From sequence record NC_052659.1: a DNA stretch of 64,000 nt, one strand, 5' to 3'. Shown piece by piece: positions 17,484-26,061 of this stretch (position 1 is its first letter; each line of letters starts with the position of its first letter). Under the pieces are notes generated by a model. It searched no databases, was not told the DNA's origin, and saw nothing but the letters and a program-made list of their open reading frames with translations. The position numbers were made by a program, and so were the translations under genes. The stretch is from Escherichia phage nieznany.

Positions 17484-17862
17484 GACAAATCCTGCACAAT
17501 ACCAACAACCTCCTCAACAATACGCTCAACAAGGATCTGACGGAGATACAACTATTATCAACAATGGTGGCGGTTCTAGTAGTAGCGGTGTTGGTGAGTT
17601 TGCTACAGGTATGTTGTTAGGGCATATGATGAGTGGCGGTAGTAATCGTAGCAGTGGGGATTATAACGATAACAGAACGATTATTAATAAGCATTATAAT
17701 ACACCTAAACCGAAAACTAATTTTTATGGTAAGCCTAAACAAGAGATAAAAACTTATGAAAAGCCGAGACAAACTTTTAAAACAAATAGTAGCTATACAA
17801 CTCGTAAATCTTACAATAGCCCTTTAAGTAAAAAGAGTTCATCTCGTAGCAAGCGACGTTAA
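17425..17862 (+). CDS. lipoprotein (signal peptide with lipobox LTAC), G/S/N-rich, basic C-terminus
   Basis: MKKLALILIGCIFLTAC at the in-frame ATG 17425; track ORF begins upstream at 17350. Confidence 0.55.
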   Translation: MKKLALILIGCIFLTACEDETNPAQYQQPPQQYAQQGSDGDTTIINNGGGSSSSGVGEFATGMLLGHMMSGGSNRSSGDYNDNRTIINKHYNTPKPKTNFYGKPKQEIKTYEKPRQTFKTNSSYTTRKSYNSPLSKKSSSRSKRR

Positions 17863-17876
17863 TAAGGAGAAAAACA

Positions 17877-18470
17877 ATGACAATTTCTATTCGTACTTCC
17901 ATTACAGGTGTTAAAAGTTTGCCTAATGCTTTGCAAATCACACGTGCTTTGAGGGATACGTTCTCTGCTGTGGATGAGCATAAGATGCTCGATAATCTCT
18001 CAAATTGGCCCTATTTTCATTATTTTAAAAATGAAGACGACGAGTTTATAGACGCTGTTTCTTACGGTTATGATTTCGGTAAGGAGGTTTCTCCTGAAGA
18101 ATTTGTAGTTATGGTGTTCCCAAACGGTTTGCCTACTCGCAGTAAACGTAAAAAAGGACCAAAAAACAAGAAACGTGCTACTAATAAAGCTACCATTTTC
18201 TTTACTGATGGCACACAATATACGATTAAAGATTTTGAAGAGGTATCTTATACAGCAGGTGGGAATCTTTCTTTCTACACCATCAAAAAACAAAACTCTA
18301 CGTTCAGCCATGTTTCTAACATGATTGAAATGTTAGTAGAAGATATTGAAAGCGTAGCTGTGTTAGGTATGCATAAAAGCTTTTTAATTACAAATATTTC
18401 AGATTTCAGTGCACGTTTATCTGGTCCTGATTTTGAAACCACGACCACGCATTTCACTTTTAAGGTGTAA
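17877..18470 (+). CDS. hypothetical protein (197 aa)
   Basis: TAAGGAG SD; no recognisable motif. Confidence 0.5.
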   Translation: MTISIRTSITGVKSLPNALQITRALRDTFSAVDEHKMLDNLSNWPYFHYFKNEDDEFIDAVSYGYDFGKEVSPEEFVVMVFPNGLPTRSKRKKGPKNKKRATNKATIFFTDGTQYTIKDFEEVSYTAGGNLSFYTIKKQNSTFSHVSNMIEMLVEDIESVAVLGMHKSFLITNISDFSARLSGPDFETTTTHFTFKV

Positions 18471-18473
18471 GTT

Positions 18474-19064
18474 ATGTATACCGAGAGAGACTTGCAACTC
18501 TTGTGGTGGGAAGTGATGCAGGAAATAAAAGAAGATTTTCCTGTTTACTACAACATGTTACGTGAAGCAGGATATAAAGCTTGTGTTAGAAACAAAGTGA
18601 ATAACTCTTTCGGTTGGTGCAACTACCGAGATAAAATTGTTGTTGTAAATTGGCACTTGCATAAGAACTCTACAAGAGATATGATCGTGGATACAATGAA
18701 GCACGAAATTGCTCATGCTATTGATGGTTGTATGGGTAAGTTTAGTAGACACGGTGCTCATTGGCAAAAACTGGCAGCAGAGTTAGGGGCTAATCCTAAA
18801 GCCACTTCCAAAGAGCCGTTGAACCACGAATATAAATATGTTCTTGTTCTGGTAGATAGGTTTGCGACAAGATGTGTTAGAGGTTATAATCGTAAACCTA
18901 ATCGCATGTACCCAGGTAAGCAACCTAATATGTGGTTGAAATCAGATAAAGAAGGGACCGAAGGAAAATTATGGTTGTATAAATGGGACGATTGGGTTAA
19001 AGTAGCTAAAGAGTACGGTGTTTCACCATATATAAGAGATGCAGAAGAGGAGAATGAAGAATGA
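18474..19064 (+). CDS. SprT-like zinc metalloprotease domain protein
   Basis: HExxH motif in MKHEIAHAIDG with downstream HGAHWQKLAAELGA, typical of SprT-like domains. Confidence 0.65.
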   Translation: MYTERDLQLLWWEVMQEIKEDFPVYYNMLREAGYKACVRNKVNNSFGWCNYRDKIVVVNWHLHKNSTRDMIVDTMKHEIAHAIDGCMGKFSRHGAHWQKLAAELGANPKATSKEPLNHEYKYVLVLVDRFATRCVRGYNRKPNRMYPGKQPNMWLKSDKEGTEGKLWLYKWDDWVKVAKEYGVSPYIRDAEEENEE

Positions 19065-20173
19065 CAAGTCCATTTTTAAAAGCAGCTACTGGCGGTCAGA
19101 AGAAGCCTGAAATGAGCGTATTTGCTGCAACAACAGATGCAAGTAAATCTGTATTCGCTCCAAGCGTGTTAGATGCCAGTCCTGTTTATGCACCAGCGGC
19201 ACCGCAAGAAGTTCCAGTTTTGCCTTCTATGACCCGACAAGAGATCGAAGAGATTGGGGCAGAGGCAGGAACAACCTTGCGTTCCTTGAATGCCGAGGTA
19301 TTAAAACATCAACGTAGTAATCAAGGCGATCAGATGAGTGAACGACTCACAGCTTTGATTAAACAGGCAAAACAACTTGATCCAAACTCTATTAAACAAA
19401 GCAAGGGTATTACTAAACTCATTAAAAAAGTTATGGGTATGAAAGAAGATCTGTTTGGGGAGTTTGATAATGTTAATAACCGTATTGAAGAGTTGGTAAA
19501 AAACCTTCAAATGGATATTCGCAAAGAAGAAGATTCCTTGGTATATCTTGAAAAGCTACATCAAGCTATTGGACAATATGCTGCAAGTTTGAACCGAGAT
19601 ATGCAGCTTCTAACAGCAACCTATGAAAAAGAAGAACAAGCTTTGGCTGCTCTTCCAGAAGATGCAGTAGAACAGCGACAAGTGATCCGAGATACTTTGG
19701 ATCTTCTGGAGATTCGTATTGCAGATTTAAAAGCATTGCGCCTACTGTGTGTCCAAATGGGACCGCGTGTACAAGGTATGCAAAAAGTTTCTGCAAGCTT
19801 AATGCGATCTGCGCGTAACATAGTAAATAATGTTATTCCTGCTTACTCTGCTAACTTCTCAATGTATATCGAGAGCTTACGTCAAATGAAAGCAGCAGAG
19901 ACGCAGAATAACGTTCTTGATGAATTTAACCTGGCAATTAAACTGGGTAGCGATCTTGCCACACAGAATCAGATCGAAGCAGCAGCACTGGCTAACCGTC
20001 AAGTGTTGGATATTGAAACTCTGCGTCACGATCAGGAAAACTTGGTTAAGATGTTGGAAGAAACTAACCGCATCAATACGGAAGCCCGTGCTGCTCGTGT
20101 TGATTATATTAATGAAGTTCAATCTTTGGAAGACGGGATGGTAGCTGCTGTGAAACGAGGGCTTGGTAAATGA
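19061..20173 (+). CDS. all-helical coiled-coil protein, possible TelA-like
   Basis: 370 aa of heptad-rich helices; size and position between terC-like and terD-like genes fit TelA, but no diagnostic motif could be confirmed by eye. Confidence 0.35.
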   Translation: MTSPFLKAATGGQKKPEMSVFAATTDASKSVFAPSVLDASPVYAPAAPQEVPVLPSMTRQEIEEIGAEAGTTLRSLNAEVLKHQRSNQGDQMSERLTALIKQAKQLDPNSIKQSKGITKLIKKVMGMKEDLFGEFDNVNNRIEELVKNLQMDIRKEEDSLVYLEKLHQAIGQYAASLNRDMQLLTATYEKEEQALAALPEDAVEQRQVIRDTLDLLEIRIADLKALRLLCVQMGPRVQGMQKVSASLMRSARNIVNNVIPAYSANFSMYIESLRQMKAAETQNNVLDEFNLAIKLGSDLATQNQIEAAALANRQVLDIETLRHDQENLVKMLEETNRINTEARAARVDYINEVQSLEDGMVAAVKRGLGK

Positions 20174-20370
20174 GAATCCGTATCTATATAATTGATGAGG
20201 ACATTGGTGTCCGTTATGATGACGAAAAACGATTCGCGCCGATGGGAGGCATATATCCCCCAAGTGTTCTAGCAGTTTGTCGTGATTGTTATATTTATGA
20301 AGGTTGTCGTAACTTCCGTAAATTCGAACTCCTTGCAGATATTGACTTCAATGAGGAGGAGGAGGAGTAA
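20170..20370 (+). CDS. hypothetical protein (66 aa, acidic C-terminus)
   Basis: Coupled ORF. Confidence 0.4.
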   Translation: MRIRIYIIDEDIGVRYDDEKRFAPMGGIYPPSVLAVCRDCYIYEGCRNFRKFELLADIDFNEEEEE

Positions 20371-20543
20371 TGAAAATATTACGAGTGAATATTGAAACTG
20401 CTTGGTGTGGATGCAATGAGGTTGTGGATATCGAAATTGAAGATGATATGTCTCAAGAGGATATAGAAGATCTTGCACACGAAACCTTTCAGGACTATTG
20501 TAATTACGGGTTCCATATTTTAGAGGAGGAAGAGGATGTTTAA
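20370..20543 (+). CDS. small acidic hypothetical protein (57 aa)
   Basis: ATG overlaps upstream stop (TAATG) after GGAGGAGGAGG; below ORF-track cut-off. Confidence 0.35.
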   Translation: MKILRVNIETAWCGCNEVVDIEIEDDMSQEDIEDLAHETFQDYCNYGFHILEEEEDV

Positions 20544-20739
20544 CTACGATAACGACCCTAATATTATCCAGTTAACCCGACAAGAACTGATCACAATCAT
20601 TGAAGATGCTTTTATTGATGGCTGGAATACACAAGACAATGATTGGGGTGGACCCGAAGCTTTTCTGGAACATCATAAAGCTTATGGAGAATTTTGTGAA
20701 ACCACTGTAGCTCTTGATAATCTGAAGGAGGGTTTGTAA
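20536..20739 (+). CDS. hypothetical protein (67 aa)
   Basis: GAGGAGG SD. Confidence 0.4.
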   Translation: MFNYDNDPNIIQLTRQELITIIEDAFIDGWNTQDNDWGGPEAFLEHHKAYGEFCETTVALDNLKEGL

Positions 20740-21302
20740 TGGGTTGTTTTAGCTTTTTGTGCAAAGAATCGGGCAAAGCTGCCCTTTCTACTTCTTTCGA
20801 CGGATCACCTTGTTATCTCTTTCTTTTGAAGGACGGTGTTGTTATTGAAGAGATGTATGGCAACTATGATAGTTATGGTTGTGTTTTCTCTGGAAAGGAG
20901 GATGAAAATGGCGTTCGTGAACGGTTCGAATGGGCTATGGATTGGGGTAAGGTTTGTGATTTAATGCATTCCTCGAATCCAAGGGATGGTATCGCTATGG
21001 TGCTGGAAGAGTATTTTACAGGTGAAATCCCTACAGAACAATCTGACGGAGATCCTAACCAAGGTTGGGGTGATGGCGAAGAAGATCCAGATTGTTTTTT
21101 CAGCACAGAAAAGAATAAGTTTAAACGTGTTGACAACCCTTATCACAAAGTGCATAATACTCTCATTGAAACAGAAGATGACAAGATGGAAATTGAAGAA
21201 GATGATCCTCTTGTAACACTTCCTATAAGTGAGTTACAAAAGATCACTAAGGAAGCTTACGATTTGGGCTTCAAAATTGGTAGAGGAGGTATGCGTGTTT
21301 AG
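20739..21302 (+). CDS. hypothetical acidic protein (187 aa)
   Basis: Coupled ORF; no recognisable motif. Confidence 0.5.
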   Translation: MGCFSFLCKESGKAALSTSFDGSPCYLFLLKDGVVIEEMYGNYDSYGCVFSGKEDENGVRERFEWAMDWGKVCDLMHSSNPRDGIAMVLEEYFTGEIPTEQSDGDPNQGWGDGEEDPDCFFSTEKNKFKRVDNPYHKVHNTLIETEDDKMEIEEDDPLVTLPISELQKITKEAYDLGFKIGRGGMRV

Positions 21303-21573
21303 ATTCAATATTCAAGAAGAAAAAAGTCAGGATTTACCTATTGCTTTCGAAGATCTTGACGTAGGGGCCACATTCATGTATTATGATGCCTATGAAGACG
21401 CAGGGTTGGATACCTACCGTAACTTGGTGTTCATTAAAAATTCCACAAACAGTGCGATTTGTATTAATGGATCACTAGCACAACGAGGCTATACTCATTG
21501 CATCCCACCAGATACAAATATGGTGGAAGTAGATTTAGAAGTTACCAATATTACACTTAAGAAGGAGAAATAA
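21295..21573 (+). CDS. small protein, paralog A of a duplicated pair (precedes the vWA gene)
   Basis: GTG start after GAGGAGG, parallel to the GTG start of paralog B; shares FxFxIxEEK..DLDVGxTF.Y..A.DE.GLD and C-terminal ..ITLK with 22595-22864. Confidence 0.45.
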   Translation: MFRFNIQEEKSQDLPIAFEDLDVGATFMYYDAYEDAGLDTYRNLVFIKNSTNSAICINGSLAQRGYTHCIPPDTNMVEVDLEVTNITLKKEK

Positions 21574-21574
21574 T

Positions 21575-22369
21575 ATGTCCGAGAAAATCAGCCTGAAAAA
21601 ACGTCAAGAAAACCTTGCTTTCTCTCTGAAAAAGAATAAGAACCTGAATGAAGGTAAGATTGTTCTTCGTGTAGCATGTGCTCTAGATATTTCTGGTAGT
21701 ATGCATGGTCTATATTCTAGTGGGGTAGTGAGTGATTTTGTAGGTAAACTGCTTCCTTTTGGTATGCTGTTCGACGATAATCAACAAATTGATATGTGGG
21801 CCTTCAATACGAGTTCCCAAGAGCTTACTCCAGCAACAGCAGACGTTTACGATGACTATGTTGGTAAATGTATGCGTAATGTTCGTATCGGAGGTGGAAC
21901 AAATTACGCCCCTGTAATGGCAGATATCTACGATGAGTATTTTGGCACTGTTACCAAATATATTACCACTAAACAAGTGGTACAAGAGGAGGCTCCAAAG
22001 AAAGGCTTCTTTAATCGTCTGCTTGGTAAAACTGAAACAGTGTCTGTAGAGCGTGAAAAAGTTGTAGCTGTATCTGAACCAGGTGCTGACGTTACCCCTG
22101 GTGTTGTATTCTTCCAGACGGATGGTGAGAATGGTGATCCTAGTGCTGTTCGTCGTCTTATTGAAGAGAATAAGAATAAACCTATTTATTGGTTCATGGT
22201 TGGCGTTGGTAATGAGAAGTTTGGCTTCCTGAAAGAACTGGCAAATGCTTATGATAATGTTGGTTTTATTGGCATTAAAGATTTAGACTTGACAGATTCA
22301 GAGCTTTATGACAAACTCTTATCTGAAGAGTTCGGAGAGTGGGTTGTTAAAGTAGGTGCTAAAAAATGA
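21575..22369 (+). CDS. von Willebrand factor A (vWA) domain protein, TerY-like
   Basis: MIDAS motif DISGS (DxSxS) near the N-terminus; N-terminal MSEKISLKK echoes the TerD N-terminus. Confidence 0.7.
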   Translation: MSEKISLKKRQENLAFSLKKNKNLNEGKIVLRVACALDISGSMHGLYSSGVVSDFVGKLLPFGMLFDDNQQIDMWAFNTSSQELTPATADVYDDYVGKCMRNVRIGGGTNYAPVMADIYDEYFGTVTKYITTKQVVQEEAPKKGFFNRLLGKTETVSVEREKVVAVSEPGADVTPGVVFFQTDGENGDPSAVRRLIEENKNKPIYWFMVGVGNEKFGFLKELANAYDNVGFIGIKDLDLTDSELYDKLLSEEFGEWVVKVGAKK

Positions 22370-22614
22370 TCGACGAGCTTGCCTCTCAAGTCGTAGAAAA
22401 TTATTGGCGCGAGAGAGAAGCTTTCATTATGCGCAGTCTCAAAGAGTATTTCATTGGGACTGTGCGAATGGAAGATATTGTAAGTAGAGTAGAGATTCAT
22501 GTATGGCCCGATTATGAAGAATGGGTTGACAAAGAAAATGAAAATGCTATAATTCTTCGTATATACAAACCGGAGATAACATTAGGAGGAAGAAGTGTTA
22601 AACTTCGAAATTGA
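22366..22614 (+). CDS. hypothetical protein (82 aa)
   Basis: Coupled ORF. Confidence 0.45.
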   Translation: MIDELASQVVENYWREREAFIMRSLKEYFIGTVRMEDIVSRVEIHVWPDYEEWVDKENENAIILRIYKPEITLGGRSVKLRN

Positions 22615-22864
22615 TGAGCAAAAAGTAAATAAACGATGCCTTACCATTAAAGATTTGGATGTAGGAGATACTTTCGTCTATGAAAATGCATTTGACGAAA
22701 ATGGTTTAGACCTTAGTGAAATCATTGTTTATTTAAAAGTAGATGATGGGGAAAATGATTATTCTGCTGTAGAACTAAACCATCATGCACAATTAGTATC
22801 AATCCAAAACACATCTAAGCTTTTGGAAGTAGAATTGACTGTAACTGGTATTACACTTAAATAA
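22595..22864 (+). CDS. small protein, paralog B of a duplicated pair (precedes terD)
   Basis: GTG start after AGGAGGA; sequence parallels 21295-21573. Confidence 0.45.
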   Translation: MLNFEIDEQKVNKRCLTIKDLDVGDTFVYENAFDENGLDLSEIIVYLKVDDGENDYSAVELNHHAQLVSIQNTSKLLEVELTVTGITLK

Positions 22865-22879
22865 TAGAGGAGACAAAAG

Positions 22880-23482
22880 ATGACTGATAAAATTTCCCTG
22901 AAAAAAGGCTCTAGCGAAAAAATTTCCCTGAAGAAAGTTGCTCCGGCTCTGAAAGAACTGCGCCTGGAATTCTCTTGGAAATCTGATTCTAAACTGGATC
23001 TGGATGTAAGTGCACTGGTTTGTCGTCACAATGCCGCTGGCAATCCTGAAATGCTGTCTGCACGTCATCTGGTTTGCTATGCTAACAAGTTTGATCCTGA
23101 ACGTTCTACCTTCGCTGGTGACGATGTTCGTGATGGGACTGGCAGCATGGAGCAGATTGATATTACTCTGGCTAAAATCTCTCCTGATGCACAAGAGATT
23201 GCCTTTGTTCTGACCATTGATGATGATACAGGTCTGAAACGTTTTGGTCATGCTTCTGAAGGTATGCTTAAAATCTTCGACTCCGAGCGTAATGTGGAAA
23301 TTCTGGATTTTGACTTCCTGGCTCCTGAAGTAGCTGGCAACACAATCTGCCACGTGGCTTCCCTGGTTCGTGAAGATGGAGAATGGAAGCTGAAAGCATA
23401 TGGTGTAGGTAAAGCTGGTCTGGATATTTGCGATGTGGTGATGGCCTTCGGTGGTAAAAAAGAATGGTATGAATGTCCATAA
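22880..23482 (+). CDS. terD: TerD-family protein
   Basis: N-terminal KISLKKGSSEKISLKK..LDLDVSALV and C-terminal GEWKLKAYGVGKAG match the TerD domain along its length; about 200 aa as in bacterial TerD. Confidence 0.85.
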   Translation: MTDKISLKKGSSEKISLKKVAPALKELRLEFSWKSDSKLDLDVSALVCRHNAAGNPEMLSARHLVCYANKFDPERSTFAGDDVRDGTGSMEQIDITLAKISPDAQEIAFVLTIDDDTGLKRFGHASEGMLKIFDSERNVEILDFDFLAPEVAGNTICHVASLVREDGEWKLKAYGVGKAGLDICDVVMAFGGKKEWYECP

Positions 23483-23500
23483 TAATTAACAAATGATTTT

Positions 23501-23521
23501 GAGGGGGAGAAGTCCCCCCTC
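23501..23521 (+). terminator. GC-rich hairpin, possible terminator
   Basis: GAGGGGGA-GAAG-TCCCCCCTC immediately after terD; weak T-tract. Confidence 0.35.
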
Positions 23522-23550
23522 TTGCAATAAAGCCTCTATCGTGTTATACT
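23522..23550 (+). promoter_or_regulatory. sigma70-like promoter with extended -10 (TTGCAA-17-TGTTATACT)
   Basis: -35 23522-23527, TGn plus -10 TATACT 23545-23550; upstream of TTG start 23583. Confidence 0.5.
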
Positions 23551-23582
23551 AGAAGTTCGTTAACTTAAAAAGGAGGCAAAAT

Positions 23583-24104
23583 TTGCTGATAAAAAACTTT
23601 GTAACAGTTGCGTTACTATCCTTAACTGCTTTTACATTTACACCTGTTGTGGCGAAAGCCGAAGCTGCAAACGTAAAAACCGCTAAAGTAGTTCACAAAT
23701 GTACAAAGCAATATAATGATAAAATTCTATTAGCTTGTGCAATTTACGCAGAAGGTCGCGGTCTGGGTAAAAAAGGAATGAATGCCGTTGGGAATGTGGT
23801 AATCAACAGAAGAAATGATGCCTACTTCCCTAACACAGTCAAGGGAGTCTTGTTCCAGAAAGGGCAATTCTCATATGCGAAAACTTTTAACGTGACAGAG
23901 AAAGATAAGTGGCAGGAAGCAAAAGCAATAGCGGAGCGTTTACTTTATTTAGAGAAACATTTTCCTGAATTGCGGTCTGTTTTAGATGTTACTAAAGGTG
24001 CTCTATACTTCAAGAAACGGAATATAAGGACACACTGGGAGCGTGATATGCGTCTTGTTTATCGAGATAAAGTGCATGGTTTCTATCTACCAAAGGGGAG
24101 TTAA
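23583..24104 (+). CDS. secreted SleB-like cell wall hydrolase
   Basis: Signal peptide MLIKNFVTVALLSLTAFTFTPVVAKA; AIYAEGRG, GNVVINRR and QFSY motifs typical of the SleB/Hydrolase_2 family; TTG start after AAGGAGG. Confidence 0.6.
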   Translation: MLIKNFVTVALLSLTAFTFTPVVAKAEAANVKTAKVVHKCTKQYNDKILLACAIYAEGRGLGKKGMNAVGNVVINRRNDAYFPNTVKGVLFQKGQFSYAKTFNVTEKDKWQEAKAIAERLLYLEKHFPELRSVLDVTKGALYFKKRNIRTHWERDMRLVYRDKVHGFYLPKGS

Positions 24105-24105
24105 A

Positions 24106-24390
24106 ATGCAAGAAGATAATACTGTTGTTGTAGCAAGTTACCTGGTTGTCGGTCTTACCGAAGAGGACGTATACTACACCCGTAAACATTTGGAAGCATA
24201 CGCTACTTTGTTTATGGAAGATGAAAAGGATGTAGATAAATATAGCATTGATATGATCAACGACAGTATTTATCCTTGTATGGTTCTTAAAGTAGATGCT
24301 GTGCTGTGGGAGCGTTTTGCAAGGACTCATGATGCTGTAGAATGCTCCGCAGTAATGTCTCAAAACAACATTTTAGGGGAGATTCACTGA
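24106..24390 (+). CDS. hypothetical protein (94 aa)
   Basis: ATG 24106 with AGGGGAG SD (track ORF begins at 24043). Confidence 0.45.
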   Translation: MQEDNTVVVASYLVVGLTEEDVYYTRKHLEAYATLFMEDEKDVDKYSIDMINDSIYPCMVLKVDAVLWERFARTHDAVECSAVMSQNNILGEIH

Positions 24391-24620
24391 TGGGAGAAGT
24401 CATTGAAGTAAATTTTCGCACTAAACAAAAAGTGCAAAAATATGTTGTTATTAAAAACATTTGCGTTGTCTGCTTCAATACTGTAATATACGATTCACGA
24501 CGCGGAGAAAACGAAAATGAACCTTACATTGAAATTTCTAAGAACAAAGGTCAATGTATTTGTAAGAACTGTGCAGTAGCTATTAAGGAGGTTGTAAATG
24601 AAAACGCTTGGGACCAATGA
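24390..24620 (+). CDS. small zinc-ribbon protein (76 aa)
   Basis: CVVCFN..CICKNC two CxxC pairs; TGATG start-stop overlap. Confidence 0.4.
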   Translation: MGEVIEVNFRTKQKVQKYVVIKNICVVCFNTVIYDSRRGENENEPYIEISKNKGQCICKNCAVAIKEVVNENAWDQ

Positions 24621-24789
24621 AACTGGCGAGATCTCTCTTCAAGAAGTGACAAACGACAAGCTGATTAAACTACGGGATGTAGCTCGTGACCATCTCCAAG
24701 AATCTTTTAAAGAATATATGGAAGCACGAGATCGTGTCATCCAAATCCAACAAGAAATGATTAAACGTGGGATTGTAGCTGACAGTTAA
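24598..24789 (+). CDS. hypothetical protein (63 aa)
   Basis: AAGGAGG SD. Confidence 0.35.
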   Translation: MKTLGTNETGEISLQEVTNDKLIKLRDVARDHLQESFKEYMEARDRVIQIQQEMIKRGIVADS

Positions 24790-24805
24790 TATAACGGAGG
24801 GGAGA

Positions 24806-25369
24806 ATGATTTATTATATTACTCCCTATCTGACAGGAAATATCGGCAAGGCTATCAATGAAGCTATTGCCGTTCTTCCAGATGATAGTTGGGTGTGCTT
24901 AAGAGATACCGATACAATGTTCCTCCTGCCTGATCAACCATCTATGCTTGAAGAGCTTATTATGTCAAACCCGCCTTTTGATGTAATAGGTGCAACTTGT
25001 AACAGGTTAGGTAGTGGTTATCAGCTTTTCTCTAACCAAATTAACGATGATCCAAATATTCTAAACCATATAGAATATGCTAAGATTGCAAGAGAATATC
25101 ATAAAGTGAGTGTTGAAGAAGTTCCTTTCGGAACACCTCTGGCAGGTTTCTTTTTGCTTTTTAGAAAATCATTGTGGAATGAAATTCCTTTCGAAGAAAA
25201 ATCTATCCAATTCGACCTAATTTTCTCTCGCACTTTACATGAAAAAGGAAAAAGGTTAGGATTGATGCGGGGAATGTATCTGTTTCACATTTACAGATTA
25301 GGTCAAACAAATCCTCAACGGTCTATACATCATTTATTACACTGTCACGATCACAGTAAAACTATCTAG
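24806..25369 (+). CDS. possible GT-A fold glycosyltransferase
   Basis: WVCLRDTDTMFL candidate DxD motif; weak assignment. Confidence 0.3.
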   Translation: MIYYITPYLTGNIGKAINEAIAVLPDDSWVCLRDTDTMFLLPDQPSMLEELIMSNPPFDVIGATCNRLGSGYQLFSNQINDDPNILNHIEYAKIAREYHKVSVEEVPFGTPLAGFFLLFRKSLWNEIPFEEKSIQFDLIFSRTLHEKGKRLGLMRGMYLFHIYRLGQTNPQRSIHHLLHCHDHSKTI

Positions 25370-25377
25370 GAGAGAAA

Positions 25378-26061
25378 ATGGAAAATATTAAAATCGGAGT
25401 GGGTGTTATCACTGTAGGTGTCCGTCCACTTAAAGACTATCTTGTAACAGATCCACATGCAGATTTTCGAGTATTCAACGATCCAGATCGTAAAGGTGTA
25501 GCTTACGCCAGGAATGAACTTATGCACCAGTTTTATGAAGAAGGTTATGATTATTGGTTTATTTTTGACGACGATTGCTACCCAATCATGGAGGGATGGG
25601 AAACATATTTTGTAGATCAAGCTGTCTCTGGAGGATGGGATTTCTTTGGTATGCCGGAGTATTTCAAAGATAAAGTTGTTGGGAGTAAAGGAGAAGTTAT
25701 TCTCTGGGAACTTGCAATGTGTCAATTTGCAATGTATTCTCGTGCCGTTGTTGAGAAGATGGGTTATTTCCGCCCTTACACTCACGGCTATGGTTTTGAA
25801 GATGCTGAATGGGTACACCGTTTGAAAGCTGCTGGTTTGAATCAGGGCATTCAGGCAATACCTTGTCCACTTCATATCATGGCTTATATCCACCCAGACG
25901 ATGTTTTTGGAAACAATCCTATGCCTTTTGCTAATCTGACAAAAGAAGAGAAAGAAGCTGCTATTGGCATTAACTGGGAAGAATATAAAGCGTCTTTAGA
26001 AGATATTAAAAATGGGAAAATCCGAATTTCTTATGAGGAGGCACTGGCACATGTCAAATAA
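25378..26061 (+). CDS. glycosyltransferase family 2-like protein
   Basis: GVAYARNELM and YWFIFDDDCYP (DxD) in the arrangement of GT2 enzymes. Confidence 0.45.
   Translation: MENIKIGVGVITVGVRPLKDYLVTDPHADFRVFNDPDRKGVAYARNELMHQFYEEGYDYWFIFDDDCYPIMEGWETYFVDQAVSGGWDFFGMPEYFKDKVVGSKGEVILWELAMCQFAMYSRAVVEKMGYFRPYTHGYGFEDAEWVHRLKAAGLNQGIQAIPCPLHIMAYIHPDDVFGNNPMPFANLTKEEKEAAIGINWEEYKASLEDIKNGKIRISYEEALAHVK

Noticed and set aside
22799-23353. 184-aa minus-strand ORF
   Set aside because: Antisense to terD, which has strong family signatures; spurious
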